Part shown: positions 13,640 through 26,776 of the stretch, piece by piece
Layout of the letters: the number at the start of each line of letters is the position of its first letter
How positions within the stretch are numbered: position 1 is the first letter of the stretch
Assembly: GCA_035221665.1 (NCBI GenBank)
Contig: CM069132.1
Coordinates: 117,738,001-117,802,000, forward strand
Source of the DNA: Okamejei kenojei
Lineage: Eukaryota
Length of the DNA: 64,000 nucleotides
Reading direction: 5' to 3'
Made by a program: the position numbers and the translations under genes
Notes under the pieces: generated by a model
What the model was told of the DNA's origin: nothing
The model's database searches: none
What the model saw: the letters and a program-made list of their open reading frames with translations, nothing else

Positions 13640-13975
13640 TAAGACCTTAGGGTTTAGAGTGGAAACGGGCCCGTTGGCACCAAGTCCACGCCAACCAGCA
13701 ATCAACCCCATACTCCAGCACTATCCTACACACTGGGGACAATTTACAATTTCCAGAAGCTATTCAACCTACAAATCTGTACATCTTTGGAATGTGGGAG
13801 GAAACTGGAAAACCCATGCAGTCACAGGGAGAACGTACAAACTACGTATACACAGCTCCCATAGTCATGATCGAACCCGAGTCTCTAGCGCTATAACTCT
13901 CTGGTAGTCTAGTGGTAGAGTCTCTGGACTCAGTGGTAGAGTCTATAACTCGACCACTGCACCACCATGCCACCC
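13640..13975 (-). mobile_element. HE1-type V-SINE with a local internal rearrangement
   Basis: V-domain (tgtgggaggaaactgg...gtcacagggagaacgtacaaact). A duplicated agtggtagagtct segment lies near the head. Confidence 0.8.
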
Positions 13976-14949
13976 CAGCATGCGCTCTAGCTTAGTCACA
14001 TCCTTCTTCTGGTATGGTAACCATACTATTATGTGTCGGGTCTCACCAATGTCGATCTCACGATATAGTCATCTATCATACTTCTTCTCCCATAACTTTT
14101 AACTTAATATCTATTTTAGCCAACTTCAACTATACCTCTGTAATCAACTGCAGTTGTCTAGGTTCTGAGTTTTAAATCTTAATTGCTTACAAACTGAATG
14201 TGAAAATGCACATTATGATTGCTGTTTCCCAAAAGACAGAATATAGAATAGTATAGCACAGAAACCGGCCCTTTGGCCCACAATTTCTGTGCCACGTGAT
14301 GTAGTCCTTCTCTTATCTGCTGCACATAATTTATATCCCATTCCCTGTACATCCATGGGCCTATCCAAAAGCCGCTTAAATGCCACCACTGTATCAGCCT
14401 CCACCACCACTCCTGGCAGCATATTCCAGGCACTCATCACCCTCTATGTTTTAAAAAATAATTGCCTCACACGTCTACTTCAAACATTACCTCCTCAACC
14501 TAAAGCTATGCCCTCTAGCATTTGATATTTCCAGTCTGGGAAAACGTTTCTGACTCAACCCCATTTACGCCTTTCATCTATATTACTAAAAGTCCGATCT
14601 TGACCGCTTTTGGCTTGCTGTGCTGTGATTTCCAAGAGAATGCCGCCACCTACGGCCGTCATTTTTGGCCAGCTCGCTCAGAGCCCCCCTCTGCCTTCCT
14701 GGACCAGAGGATGTTTCTCATCGATGAAAAATCAGAGCGATATTAATGTTTTTAACAAATTCCCCATTCTCTCTGCTGCCCCTGCTGGAGGGAGGGGGAG
14801 GGACTATAAAACCAGGAAGTGGTGTGCCTCACTCAGTCTCCGCAAGATGGAGGAACCAGATGGTCATGTCTCTCTGAACACTGAAGCAGCACTGAACACA
14901 TGTCTACTCAACTGTGAGTGCCCTTAATGTGGTTTGAAAATGAAAATAT

Positions 14950-15215
14950 GGTTGGTTTGAAGTAAAAAGGCACTGCCTGCAAATGTTTGTTTGGAGGTTT
15001 GGGTTGAAGTTAAAAGGCACTACTGCAAATGTTTGTTTGGGTGCTTGGGGTTGAAGTGAAAAGGCACTACTGCAAATGGTTGTTTGGGGGGGGTTGGCTT
15101 GAAGTGAAAAGGTACTACTGCAAATGGTGAAAAGGCACAACTGCAAATGGTGGCTTGGGGGCTTTGGCTTGAAGCGAAACGGCACAGCTGCAAACGGTGG
15201 CTTGGGGGCTTCGGC
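14950..15215. repeat. ~45-bp minisatellite inside the Helitron
   Basis: Repeated gaagtgaaaaggcactactgcaaatg...tgggggc units. Confidence 0.85.
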
Positions 15216-15584
15216 TAACTTCCTGTTTGCACTGTATATTGATTTTAGATAAAACGCTACCACTTACGGCAGTGACTTTTGGCCATCTTACTCAGTCCCC
15301 TCCCGCTCAGCAGGTGCAGAGGATTCTTCCCATCAATGAAAAATAAAGGTGTTATTAGTGTTCAGAAAATTTTGAGAATCTCTCTCCTGTCAATCACGCC
15401 ATGAAGGCCACACCTTTTCCCGTGGGAGGGGGAGGGGTTATAAAACCCGGAAGTGTGGCTGTGGCTCAGTCTCTGCATGGTGGGGGAGGGAGAGGTCACG
15501 ACTGTCTGAGCTGTGAATCAACTGAACACACTGAATGTCTACTGGCCTGTGAGTTTGGTGTTTTGTGTGGTTTTATGGTGGTTT

Positions 15585-16222
15585 CATCCTGCTTGAAATG
15601 GTGTGAAACTGAATTTGAATGTGGTGACCTTGCACCCTGCATGAAATGATATGAAACTGCATTTGAATGTGGTGGCCTTGCACCCTGCTTGAAATGGTAT
15701 GAAGCTACATTTGAATGGATGGCATGACTTCCATATGAAGAAAGACTGGATAGACTTGGCTTGTACTCGCTGGAGTTTAGAAGATAGAGGGGTGATCTCA
15801 TAGAGACTTACAAAATTCTTATGGGGTTGGACAGGCTAGATGCAGGAAGATTTTTCCGATGTTGGGGAAGTCCAGGGGTCACTTTTAGGACCGAGATGAG
15901 AAAATCGTTTTTCACACAGAGAGTGCACTTGGAGAGAAAGGCAGGTACAGGATACTGAGTTGGATGATCAGCCATGATCATATTGAGTGGCGGTGCAGGC
16001 TCGAAGGGCCGAATGGCCTCTCACCTAATTTCTATGTTTTCTCTATGTTTTCTATGATGCCTTGAATTTTGTGGCCTTGCACCCTTGCAAGCTTTGAGAA
16101 ACTGTGCCTTGCACCTGCTGAAGGTGGTAAGAAACTGCACTTGAATTTGGTGGCCTTGCACCCTGCTTGAAATGGTAGGAAAATGGATTTGAATTTGGTG
16201 GCCTTGCACCCTGCTTGAAATG
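15585..16222. repeat. Second ~45-bp minisatellite inside the Helitron, interrupted by a CR1 fragment (~15715-16055)
   Basis: Repeated ttgaatgtggtggccttgcaccctgcttgaaatggt units on both sides of the CR1 piece. Confidence 0.85.
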
Positions 16223-17064
16223 GAATTTCAAGGAATAGCCATGAGTCAACTGCCAGCCCACCAGCCGTGAGTGAGCTGTCAGCACATCAGGCTTGAGGGA
16301 CTGAGCTGCCACCCCAAGAAGCCATTCCAGCGCTCCAGAAAGCCCCCCAACTGGCCACCAATATTGGAATTGGTGGAGAGGTGGAATATTGCGTCGGGGG
16401 ACCAGCCCTCCCGTGTGAACATGGGACCCAACGGGTTCCACTTAGTCTAGTAATTTTGATATATCTCAACTGTTGGAGGAAACGATCCAAGTCTGTCCAA
16501 CCTCTCTCTGTAGCCAACACCCCATACTCCAGGCCTCATTTTGTTTAACCACCGCTGCACCCTTTCTAAACCCTCCACATCCTGCAACGGGGCTACCAGA
16601 ACCGCACACAACAATTAAATTGCCGTCTGATCAAAGTCCAATAAAGCTGCATCATGACTTCCTGACATATTCAATGCCACAACCAATGAAGGCAAACCAT
16701 ATGCTTACTTTATCACTCAATCTACTTGTGTGCCATTTTCATGGAATTATGGAATTGTCCCCAAGATCCCTCTGCACATCAATGTTGTTAAGGGCTTCTT
16801 ATTAATTGCATAGTTTCCCCTTACATTTGACCTCCTAAAGTCAGCACCTCACACTTGCTTGGATTAAACTCCATCTGCCATTTATCTGCCTATTTCCACA
16901 GCTGATCTATATCGTGCTGACCTCCATGTCCATCTGTTCTGAATCCATACGACCATTACTGTTAATCCACTGCATCTTAATCTTCAGGATCAACCTACCA
17001 TGGGAAATGTTATCAAATGTCTTACTGAAATCCATGTAAACACAACCACCACCCTATACTCCTC

Positions 17065-17265
17065 GAGGTGCTGACTATGAAGAGTTTGTACATTCTCCAT
17101 GACTACATGGGTTTTCTCTGGGTGCTCCAGTTTCCTCCCACATTCCAAAGATGTGTAGGTTAATTGGTCGTGTAAATTGTTCCTAGTGTGCCGGATAGAA
17201 CTAGTGTACGAAGATTATCAGTGGGCGAAGGGCCTGTTTTCCATGCTATATCACTAAACTAAAAA
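17065..17265 (+). mobile_element. HE1-type V-SINE, 5'-truncated
   Basis: gagtttgtacattctcc...ggtgctccagtttcctcccaca V-domain; ctaaact tail. Confidence 0.8.
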
Positions 17266-17947
17266 CTGATACTAAATGTAGTTGCTTAAGGTTTATATCT
17301 TGCTATTTTTGCAGTTCCCTTTTATTTTTCCATAGTCCAGTTGTATTGGGCAAAATAATTGTTTGGAATAAAAACCTTCTATGTTCAGAAGAGATTTGGA
17401 CAGGTACGTGGATAGGAAAGGTTGAAAGGGATATGGACCAAACACGGGCAGGATTGGCGAGCATAGGTAGTGCTTCTTGGTCAGCATAGGGAGGTTGGGC
17501 CGAACGGGATGTTCCCATGCTGTACAACTCTAGGGCTCTAAAGGAGAGGAGCAACACAATGGGCAGTAAATGTGACGGCCAGCCTGAGTTCCTGTAGAGA
17601 AAATCCAGGTAGCGACACGGTGCCAGTCAGCACATACTGACCTGCAACACACTAGCATTGAATGTATTGCAGGTCAGATGCTGGCACATGTTAATTTAAT
17701 AGTCAAATTTTTCAATTATTATAAATGTTTTTAGTTAATTTATATTTCCCTTCCTGGGCCATACTTGTGCTTGCGGCCTACTCCGATTGTAGAATGGCCA
17801 AAACAACGAGGCCTAGTGGTGATTGAGTACCACACTGCCACGCAATAGAAATAAAAGTTCCAGAAAACTTTACACAACAGTTGGGTAACAAAGTCGAGGA
17901 TTAAAAGTATTGTATATAAAAATAATACAGATATTTCTAGACAATGT

Positions 17948-19150
17948 AAAACATAGAAACATACAACAAGTTGCAGGAGTAGGCTATTCGGCCTTTCGAG
18001 TTGGCACCACCATTCAATATGATCATGGCTGAATCAAAATCAGTACCCCATTCTGGCTTTTTCCCCATATCCCTTGATTCCCTTAGCCCTAAGAGCTAAA
18101 TATAACTCTATTGAAAACATCCAGTGAGTTGGCATCCACTGCCTTCTGTGACAGAAAATTCCACAGATTCACAAACATTTCTCTGGGTGAAAATGTTATT
18201 CCTCATCACAGTCCTAAATGGCCTCCCTTTATTCTTAAACTGTGACCCCTGGTTCTGGACTCCCTCAACATCGGGAACATTTTGGCTGCATCTATCCTGT
18301 CCAATCCTCTAAGAATGTTATATGTTTCTATAAGATATCCTCTCATCCTTCTAAATTCCAGTGAATACAAGCCCAGTCGACCCATTCTTTCATCATATGT
18401 CAGTCCCGTCATCCTGGGAATTAACCTGATGAACCTACGCTGCACACCCTCAATAGTAATAATGTCCTACCTCAAATTAGGAGACCAAAATTGCACATAA
18501 TACTGCAGGTGTGGTCTCACCAGGGTCATGTACAACTGCAGTAGGACCTCCTTGCTCCTAATCTCAAATCCTCTTGCAATGAAGGCAATTACCTTTCTTC
18601 ACTGCCTGCTGCACCTGCATGCTTACTTTCAGTGACTGATGTACAAGCACACCGAGGTCTCTTTGCACCTCCCCTTCTCCTAATCTGACACCATTCAGAT
18701 AATAATCTGCCTTCCTGTTCTTGCCACCAAAGTGGATAACCTCACATTTATCCACATTATACTGCATCTGCCATGCTTCTGCCCACTCACCCAACCTATC
18801 CAAGTGACCCTGCAGCCTCATAGCATCCTCATCACAGTTCACACTGCCACCCAGCTTTGTGTCATTTGCAAACTTTGAGATGTTACATTTACTTCCCTCA
18901 TCTAAACCGTTAATATATATTGTGAACAACTGGGTTCCCTGCATCGAGCCTTGCGGCACCCCACTACTCACTACCTGCCATTCTGAAAAGGACCCGTTAA
19001 TTCCTACTCTCTGCCAACCAGTTCTCTATCCATGTCAATTCTCTACCCCCCAATACCATGTGCTCTAATTTTGCACACTGATCTCTTGTATGGGACCTTG
19101 TCAAAGGCTTTTTGAAAGTCCAGATACACCACAGCCACTGGCTCTCCCTT
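17948..19150 (-). mobile_element. CR1 LINE RT/3' fragment
   Basis: ORFs 18564..18971 and 18206..18445 carry SGVPQGS, KFANDTKLGG and RMRGYLIETY. Confidence 0.92.
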
Positions 19151-19445
19151 ACATTTACTACCCTCCAGTCCACAGATGTAAGATTTCCTAAAGCAACTTG
19201 GATGATAATGCGATTGATAAATTAGCGAACATTATTAGTATTAAATGAGCCGAATTGAATGTAATGCAATATCAACAGGAACTATACAATCACTTTCCCT
19301 CTTCCCTGACTCCCAGTTTGAAGAAGGGTCTCGCCCAAAACATCACCAATTCCTTTTCTCCAAAGATATTGCCTGATCTGCTGAGTTACTCCAGCAATAT
19401 GTGTTGATTATCTATAGAATCACTTAGAGTCATAGAGTGACTCTA

Positions 19446-20609
19446 TGGAAGGTTGGTTAAGAAGGTTCAATCTTTGGGTGTTAATGGCGAAGTAGCAAGA
19501 TGGATTCAACAGTGGCTGAATGGGAGATGTCAGAGAGTAATGGTGGATGGCTGTTTGTCAGGTTGGAAGCCGGTGACCAGTGGGGTGCCTCAGGGATCTG
19601 TGTTGGGTCCACTGTTGTTTGTCATGTACATCAATGATCTGGATGATGGGGTGGAGAATTGGATAAGTAAGTATGCAGATGATACTAAGATAGGTGGTGT
19701 TGTGGATAATGAAGTAGATTTTCAAAGTCTACAGAGAGATTTGGGCCATTTGGAAAAGTGGGCTGAAAGATGGCAGATGGAGTTTAATGCTGATAAGTGT
19801 GAAGTGCTACATCCCGCTTGGCAGGACAAATCAAAATAGGACGTACATGGTAAATGGTAGGGAATTGAGGAATGCTGTGGAACAGAGGGATCTAGGAATA
19901 ACTGTGCATAGTTCCCTGAAGGTGGAATCGCATGTAGATAGGGTGGTAAAGAAAGCCTTTGGTGTGCTGGCCTTTATAAATCAGAGCATTGAATATAGGA
20001 GTAGGGAAGTAATGTTAAAATTGTACAAGGCATTGGTAAGACCAATTCTGGAGTATGGTGTACAATTTTGGTCGCCTAGTTATAGGAAGGATGTCAACAA
20101 AATAGAGAGAGTACAGAGGAGATTTACTAGAATGTTGCCAGGGTTCCAGCAACTATGTTACAGAGAAAGGTTGAACAAGTTAGGTCTTTATTCTTTGGAG
20201 CGCAGAAGGTTAAGGGGGGACTTGATTGAGGTCTTTAAAATGATGAAAGGGATAGACAGAGTTGACGTGGATAAGTTTTTCCCATTGAGGGTAGGGAAGA
20301 TTCAAACAAGAGGGCATGACATGAGAATTAAGGGACAGAGGTTTCGGGGTAATGTGAGGGGGAACTTCTTTACTCAGAGGGTGGTGGCTGTGTGGAATGA
20401 GCTTCCAGCAGAAGTGGTGGAGGCAGGATCGATTTTAACATTTAAGAGTAAAGTGGATAGGTATATGGACGTGAAGGGAATGGAGGGGTATGGTCTGAGT
20501 GCAGGTAGATGGGACTAGGGGAAAACAAATGGTCGGCACGGACTGGAAGGGCCGAGAGGGCCTGTTTCCATGCTGTAATTGTTATATGGTTATATGGTTA
20601 TATGGTTAT
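19446..20609 (+). mobile_element. Young 5'-truncated CR1, near-identical to 12018-13177
   Basis: RT YADD and C-terminal ORFs; (TTATATGG)n tail; TSD agtgac at 19436-19441 and 20610-20615; 2-nt insertion frameshift near 19813. Confidence 0.95.
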
Positions 20610-20615
20610 AGTGAC

Positions 20616-21497
20616 ACAGTGTCGAAACAGGCCCTTCGGCCTAAATTGCCCACACCGGCCAACATGTCCCAGCTACACTAGTCCCACTTGCCTGCGCTTG
20701 GTCCATATCCTTCCAAACCTGTCCTATCCATGTACCTGTGCAACTGTTTCTTAAACGTTGGGATAGTCCCAGCCTCAACTACCTCATCTGGCAGCTTGTT
20801 CCATACTCCTACCACCCTTTGTGTGAAAAGATTCCTCAGATTCCTATTAAATATTTTCCCCTTCACCTTGAACCTATGTCCTCTGTTCCTCGATTCCCCT
20901 ACTCTGGTCAAGAGATTCTGTGCATCTACCCAATCTATTCCTCTCGTGATTTTATGCACCTCAATAAGATCACCCCTCATCCTCCTGCACGCCAGGGAAT
21001 AGAGACCCAGCCTACTCAACCTCTCCCTATAGCTCACACCCTCTAGTCCTGGCAATATCCTGATAAATCTTCTCTGAACCATAACAAGCTTGACAATATA
21101 TTTCCTATAACAGGTTGCCCAGAACTGAACACAATATTCTAAATGCGGTCTCACCAACATCTTGAACAACTGCAACATGACCTCCCAACTTCCAAATACT
21201 CTGATCCGATGAAGGCCAATGTGCCAAAAGCCTTTTTGACCACCTTATCTACCTGTGACTCGACCTTCAAGGAACCTTGCACCTGTACTCCTAGATCCCT
21301 CTGCTCACCAAAGGGGCTTCCATTCATTGTGTAGGTCTTGCCCTTGTTACACGTCCCAAAATGCAACACCTCACACTTCTCTATTAAATTCCATCAACCA
21401 TTCGTTAGCCCACCTGGCCAATCGATCCAGATCCTGCTACAATCTTTCACAACTACCTTCACTATCTTCAAAACCACCCACTTTTGTATCATCAGCA
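20616..21497 (-). mobile_element. CR1 fragment whose tail was the target of the young CR1
   Basis: ORF 20678..21178 has LVRPHLEYCVQFW; its tail continues at ~19425-19441. Confidence 0.9.
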
Positions 21498-21574
21498 AGT
21501 TATTATGGAAATTGATAAATAGAAAGAAAGTTCTCTTGGGGAGAAAAAAATCCGTGTTTGGAATAAAAACCTTA

Positions 21575-21860
21575 GGGCGGCACAGTGGCGCAGCGGTTGA
21601 GTTGCTGCCTTGCTCCACAAGCGATCCGGCTTGATCTTGACTATGGGTGCTGTACGCACTCCCTGTGACCGTGTGAGTTTTCTCCAGATATTCCGGTTTC
21701 CTCCCAGGTTTGCAGGTAAATTGGCTTCTGTGAATTGTATATTGTCCCTAGTGTGTAGGATGGTGCTAGCTTACTCGGTGATTGGTGGTCGATATGGACT
21801 CGGTGGGCCAAAGGGACTGTTTCCATGTTGTTTTTCTAAAATCTAAAGTAAAGTCTAAAG
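21575..21860 (+). mobile_element. HE1-type V-SINE
   Basis: gggcggcacagtggcgcagcggttgagttgctgcc head; ctaaagt tail. Confidence 0.85.
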
Positions 21861-22984
21861 TCTTCTCGTGTAACCTTCCCACAGAAATCAAACATCATTG
21901 TCCCTCAAGAAAACAGCTGCTGGTTTCACCTTGAGAGGGCTTAGAAATTGACAAGCAAACACTTCCATTGACACTTGTGCAATGATACTCTACTAAATGA
22001 TATAACGTGCAGCCTTTAGTATTTTTAGTTTGCAGTAACAAAAATATAAATATAGCTACTAAAAAAAACTTTTTTATTTTAGAGAAACCCTACAGGAAAA
22101 AATAACTTTGTTATAATGAAACTCTCTAACCCACAGATTCCCTTTTCCCATAGTCATAGTGGAAAATGGAGTAACATGATTTTCTCCTAATGCAAGCTTT
22201 CTTAGGAATACCACCATTGTGTTATAGTAGAACTGCCTGTATATATCAAATAATTATACATTTATGCATCTGCATATATCAGTGAATTGGAACGGCAGTG
22301 CAACATGCTGATCAGAACAGAGATCAAGGGATTAGAATGGATTAGTCTGTGAATTGTCAGTATTAACAAAGGGCATACAGTTTGAGATTCAATGGTTGAT
22401 GTCTGAGGGTTTTGCTGAACCAGTGCAGAGAAATGTCTATTGACTAGAAACTAAGAATGATATGAATATACAAAAGGTAGGTAAGCAATTGAGATAATTC
22501 TAACTATCAGCAGTTTAATTTGTGACGGAAAGTTACACAATTATGTGTTTTTTTTAGAGGAAATAGCTGACGTGATCTCATTGAAATTATGGCTTCCTGT
22601 TGCTCTGGTCACTAACACGTGAGAAAAATACTCGTATTTTACATGTGACGAAGGGATGTTTGCGTTCGATCTATTTACTATTGATTCATTATGCAAAGTC
22701 AAGAATTTCAAATGTTTCAAAATATAACCTTGTGTGCCTTAAAAATATCTTAACTATAATCAACAGATAAATTCAAAAATGCACTAGTGTTTCTAAAATT
22801 GTTGTTTTCACTTCAGACATTTTTGTCCAATATATTATAAATCTAACTAAGTATTGTCCAATATATTTGGCAACAACTACATCCGATAAGCTGCTAACCA
22901 GATATTCAGGTGTGTATTTTTTGCATTTCACATTAGCAAGTAAAAATGAAGTTACAGGCACTGACACAATGAATATAATTTCAA

Positions 22985-23300
22985 TACAGTGGCACAGCTG
23001 GTAGAGCTGCTGCCTCACCGTGCCAGACACCCAGGTTCAAACCTGACCTTGGATGCTGGCTGTGTGGAGTTTGTACGTTCTGCCTGTGACTGCGTAGGTT
23101 TCCTCCGGGTGTTCGGGTTTCCTCACACATCTCAAAGATGTGCGGGTTTGTAGGTTAATTGGCCTCCATAAAATTTCCCATGATGTATAGGGAGTGGATG
23201 AGAAAATGGGATATCATAGTACTAGTGCGAACGGGTGATCGATAGTCAGTGTGGACACAGTGGGCTGAAGGGTCTGTTTCTATGCTGTTTTTCTAAACTC
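22985..23300 (+). mobile_element. HE1-type V-SINE
   Basis: A-box-like gtggcacagctggtagagc, B-box ggttcaaacc, V-domain. Confidence 0.88.
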
Positions 23301-25477
23301 TTAAGCTAATATTCACAAACTTGGATTATTTTTCTCTAGAATGCCAGAGATTAAGTGGAGACTTGAGACAGTCAGAACCTTTTTCCCAGAGTGGAAATGT
23401 CAAAGATTAGTAGGCATAACTTTAAGGTGAGAGAGACAAAGCTTAAAGGAGATGTACGGGGCAATTTGGGTTTTAACACAAAGAGTGGTGGGTGCCTGGA
23501 ATGCACTCCCAAGGATGGTGGTGGAGGTAGCTCCGATGGTGGCATTTAAGAAGCTTTTTGATAAGTACATGCATACATAAGGAATAGAGGGATGCTTGCA
23601 GCTGCAATTAGTTTATCTTGGCATTATGTTTGACACAGACATTGTGGGCTGTACTTTTCTATGCTCTAAGGTACACGTACGTATTTTTCTGATCAAATGT
23701 TAATATTGAAAACAGAGTGTAAATATTTCCTGGTTATTAAGTGTTTTGTTACTGAATACACATGGACTTTTCTGAAGTGATTACAAAAATGTGAGATCCA
23801 TTATGTAAGCGTCTTAAGACATTTCCCACTCGCACTACTTTACTATGACATAACATTGCCCAGTAGCTGAAATAAATAAAAAATGGATCTCCACTGCTTA
23901 CTGTCAAGACATTTTGTTTGTAAATTAGCACATACATATAGTTATTCAGAAGAGCGCATGGATCTACTTCTGAGGTAGCCTTGGAATATGGCTGAAGTAG
24001 CAAGTAAAATGTAACAGTTGTATTTGAATTATTTGTACACAAGTTCTTGTACATATCTCAAGAGTATATCCCTAAATCTCTACTTGCACTGCACAACGCT
24101 AATGGGTTAGGTAACTTAAAGGTGTGTTTAACAATAGATGTAGTGGTGGGTGGGTTGGAATAAGGTTTCAGTGATGTCTACTCATGAGTGACAGTTGTAG
24201 CTGTCAAGGTTCGATTCCTGTGCAGCCTTTCAAGTACTAAAATAGAAACAAAATGTTGCAAGCATTCAGCAGATCAGGTACTGTAGTATCTGGAGAAAGA
24301 GAAACAGAGTTGACATTTCAGGTTGAAGATCTTTGGCAGGACTGTGATAGAGAGAAAAACAAATGAGTTTTAAGTCACAGAGAAGTCGGGGAAGAGAAGC
24401 AGAAGGAAAAAGGGAACAACTGTGACATGGTGAAGCCAGGATTTCCATTAGAATAATTTATAAAGGTCCTCTGGTCAATGGGTTAATGGAGGGTATTTGC
24501 GGATTATAATACAAAATGAAAAATGGTGTGAAATACATTGCTCTGGTACATACTCGGCAGGAAAGGCTTTGTTAATGGAGAGAGAAGGAGTGAGCAAATA
24601 TCACAACTAAATGATTAACAGCTGAAAAATTATTTGTTTCCAGTGTATACATTTTAAAACTTTGATGTACCAGATTTCCCTCAGTTATGTGGTAATCAGA
24701 TAGTTTTTCCTTTCATAATTTAATTACTATTTTAGTTTATTGAGTTAGATTATCAACTGGTCAATATTTATAAGTCTATGCCAAATAGACGTGTTCATTT
24801 ATGGGCCAAATGTGGGAAAGGGGTTTAGCTTAGATGGGGCATCTTGGCCAGCATGGTTAGGTTGGGCGGAAGGGCCTGTTTTTGTGCTGCATAACACTAT
24901 GACACCATGATATTTATCAAAATAGAATTTAATGATTGAATAGAAATGTTGGGGGGGGGGGGGGGGGGGGTGGAGGAGGGGGATGGGGAGAAGGAGACTA
25001 ATTTCCTGAACGATAATCCCAAGAAACTGGGCCAATGTGAATATTAGATCCTCATCAAATTACACCTGTTTATCTCATATTTCCAAATGATACTTCTGAG
25101 AGCAAGTCAGCAATAAATCTAATCCTATCAGATTGCTAATCTCAGATTTAAAATATTCACTTAAATTTAGCAAAAAATATCCTCTAGCAGAATAGTACCT
25201 TATTTATTGGCCTCCAATAAAGGAATGGTTGATGAGGATTCATCAATGAATTAGGAAGTATGGCAGATATTATGATGAATAGAGGATATGAAAGGATTAG
25301 AAATTATACTGAATTCCAATTGAATGGTTTAGGGAGTCATTATTGGAGGGAAAGGAATAAACGTAATGCTAAACTTGAAGAATACCAGACCCCATTGGAA
25401 TATGACAGCCAAATAAATTAATTGAGTAAAATGGTGCATATAAATGCAGTATGTATATCTATAATCATGTTTGAGGT

Positions 25478-25950
25478 TTAGATTTGTTTGAAGATACAGC
25501 ATTGAAATAGGTCCTTTGGCCCACCAAGTCCATACCAACTATCGATCACCCGTTCACACTTGTTCTATGTTATCCCATTTTGCATCCACTCCCTACACGC
25601 TAGGACTAATTCACAGAGGCCAAATAACCTACAAATCTTCCATCTTTGTGATGTGGGAGGAAATGCACGAGGTCACAGGGATCAATGGTTCAATGGTGCA
25701 TTATTATCACATGTACCAAGGCAGAGTGAAATTCTTTTTTGCATATATTTCAGTAAAAGTATTACTATACCTATGTACAATCTCGGATTAAGTACCACTG
25801 TATAGGAATAGTACACTGAGACAGTACACAAGGGTCACCAGGTTTTGCCGCCATTTTCAGAGAACGTGCAAAGTCAGCACCCGAGGTCTGGATTGACCCA
25901 GATCTCTGAAGCTGTGAGGCAGCAACTCTACCAGATGCGCCATTGTGCCA
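25478..25950 (-). mobile_element. HE1-type V-SINE split by a ~180-bp LINE-tail insertion (~25681-25859)
   Basis: The SINE reads gtcacaggg|agaacgtgcaaa across the insert. Confidence 0.78.
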
Positions 25951-26628
25951 CTCGTATTTAGAGAGCTGAACCGACTGATTCAAACCTTTCCCTGGGCCCC
26001 TGTACTCGTCTATATACATGGCTTTACCAGCTTTGAAGTAAGAGACAAATGAACATGCACATGTTGCAAATTGACGAGGATAGATAGCAAAATAAAGAAC
26101 CATGTCTCTGAGTCTGTTAGTATGCACAAGGTAATATTTCATGCGGTGTAACTGGAAGACCTGAGAGAGTTTTTTAACTTTAAATTCATGCAAGGATAAG
26201 GTTGAATCCACAGCAAATGTTGCATTGTGGTAAATAAAGAAAATCAAATAGAAAGCACAGGACAAACTGTAGCAATGCATAATTTGCCGGAACAGAAACT
26301 GCATTCATTGTCAAACTGGAAACGATGCAAATGGTTATTCTCACTGGTGTATACAGTTGAGTGCAGTTTTATTTGCTGAAATACATGAAAATATTTTGAA
26401 CAAATAACATGTTGAAAATTGACAGTGGTGATGAACTCATGTCTGAACAAAGCCATGCATTGTGGAAGTCATTTTCTACCAACAAACCATAGAAACCTGC
26501 TTCTTCAAGTAAAAATTAATCGTCGCTCAGAACATTTTCCAATAACTTCCCTGCCACTGACATGAGGCAAGCCTGTCGTTACAGGCAACATCTTTGGAGG
26601 GAGTCGCCTTCATGGTTGCGAGGAATTT

Positions 26629-26776
26629 TTTCTTCTTCTTCTTCTTCTGTCGTGTGGCGTGCATAGCCTAAAGATGTTGGACAATTTGTTCTATTTGATC
26701 TTCTGTTTGTGCACGTCGAGTTGATTGCATTAGTCGAAACAGGGCGGACCACGTGAAGGTTGCAATCTTCCACCCC
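26629..26776 (-). mobile_element. 148-bp non-autonomous retroelement with ribozyme head and (GAA)n tail
   Basis: 10-bp TSD cgaggaattt at 26619-26628 and 26777-26786. The minus-strand 3' tail is ...CACACGACAGAAGAAGAAGAAGAAGAAA. Confidence 0.88.
26723..26776 (-). ncRNA. Predicted minimal HDV-like (CPEB3-type) self-cleaving ribozyme
   Basis: GGGGUGG AA GAUUGCA ACC UUCACGU GGU CCGCCCU GU UUCG A CUAA UGCAAUC. P1 is 7 bp with G1-U, P2 is 7 bp perfect, P3 is ACC/GGU, L3 is UUCACGU, and J4/2 is CUAA with the catalytic C at 26733. Confidence 0.85.

Larger units (their letters stand above)
14577..16450 (+). mobile_element. Non-autonomous Helitron (1874 bp)
   Basis: 5' TC terminus (TCTATATTACTAAAAGT) and 3' CTAG. 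Subterminal hairpin tgggaccc-aac-gggttcca (16422-16440) ends 10 nt before the 3' end. Inserted between host A and T with no TSD. Confidence 0.92.
14240..17060 (-). mobile_element. Old CR1 fragment hosting the Helitron
   Basis: ORF SAWNMLPGVVVEADTVVAFKRLLD. The host reads ctttca|taattttga across the Helitron. Confidence 0.7.

Noticed and set aside
14950-16222. Regular ~45-bp repeats resembling a CRISPR array
   Set aside because: Tandem minisatellites without unique spacers, inside a Helitron in vertebrate DNA; no cas genes.
22460-22487. ATG AAT ATA CAA AAG|GTAGGTAAG as a micro first exon
   Set aside because: No promoter context or homology; such matches are expected by chance in 64 kb.
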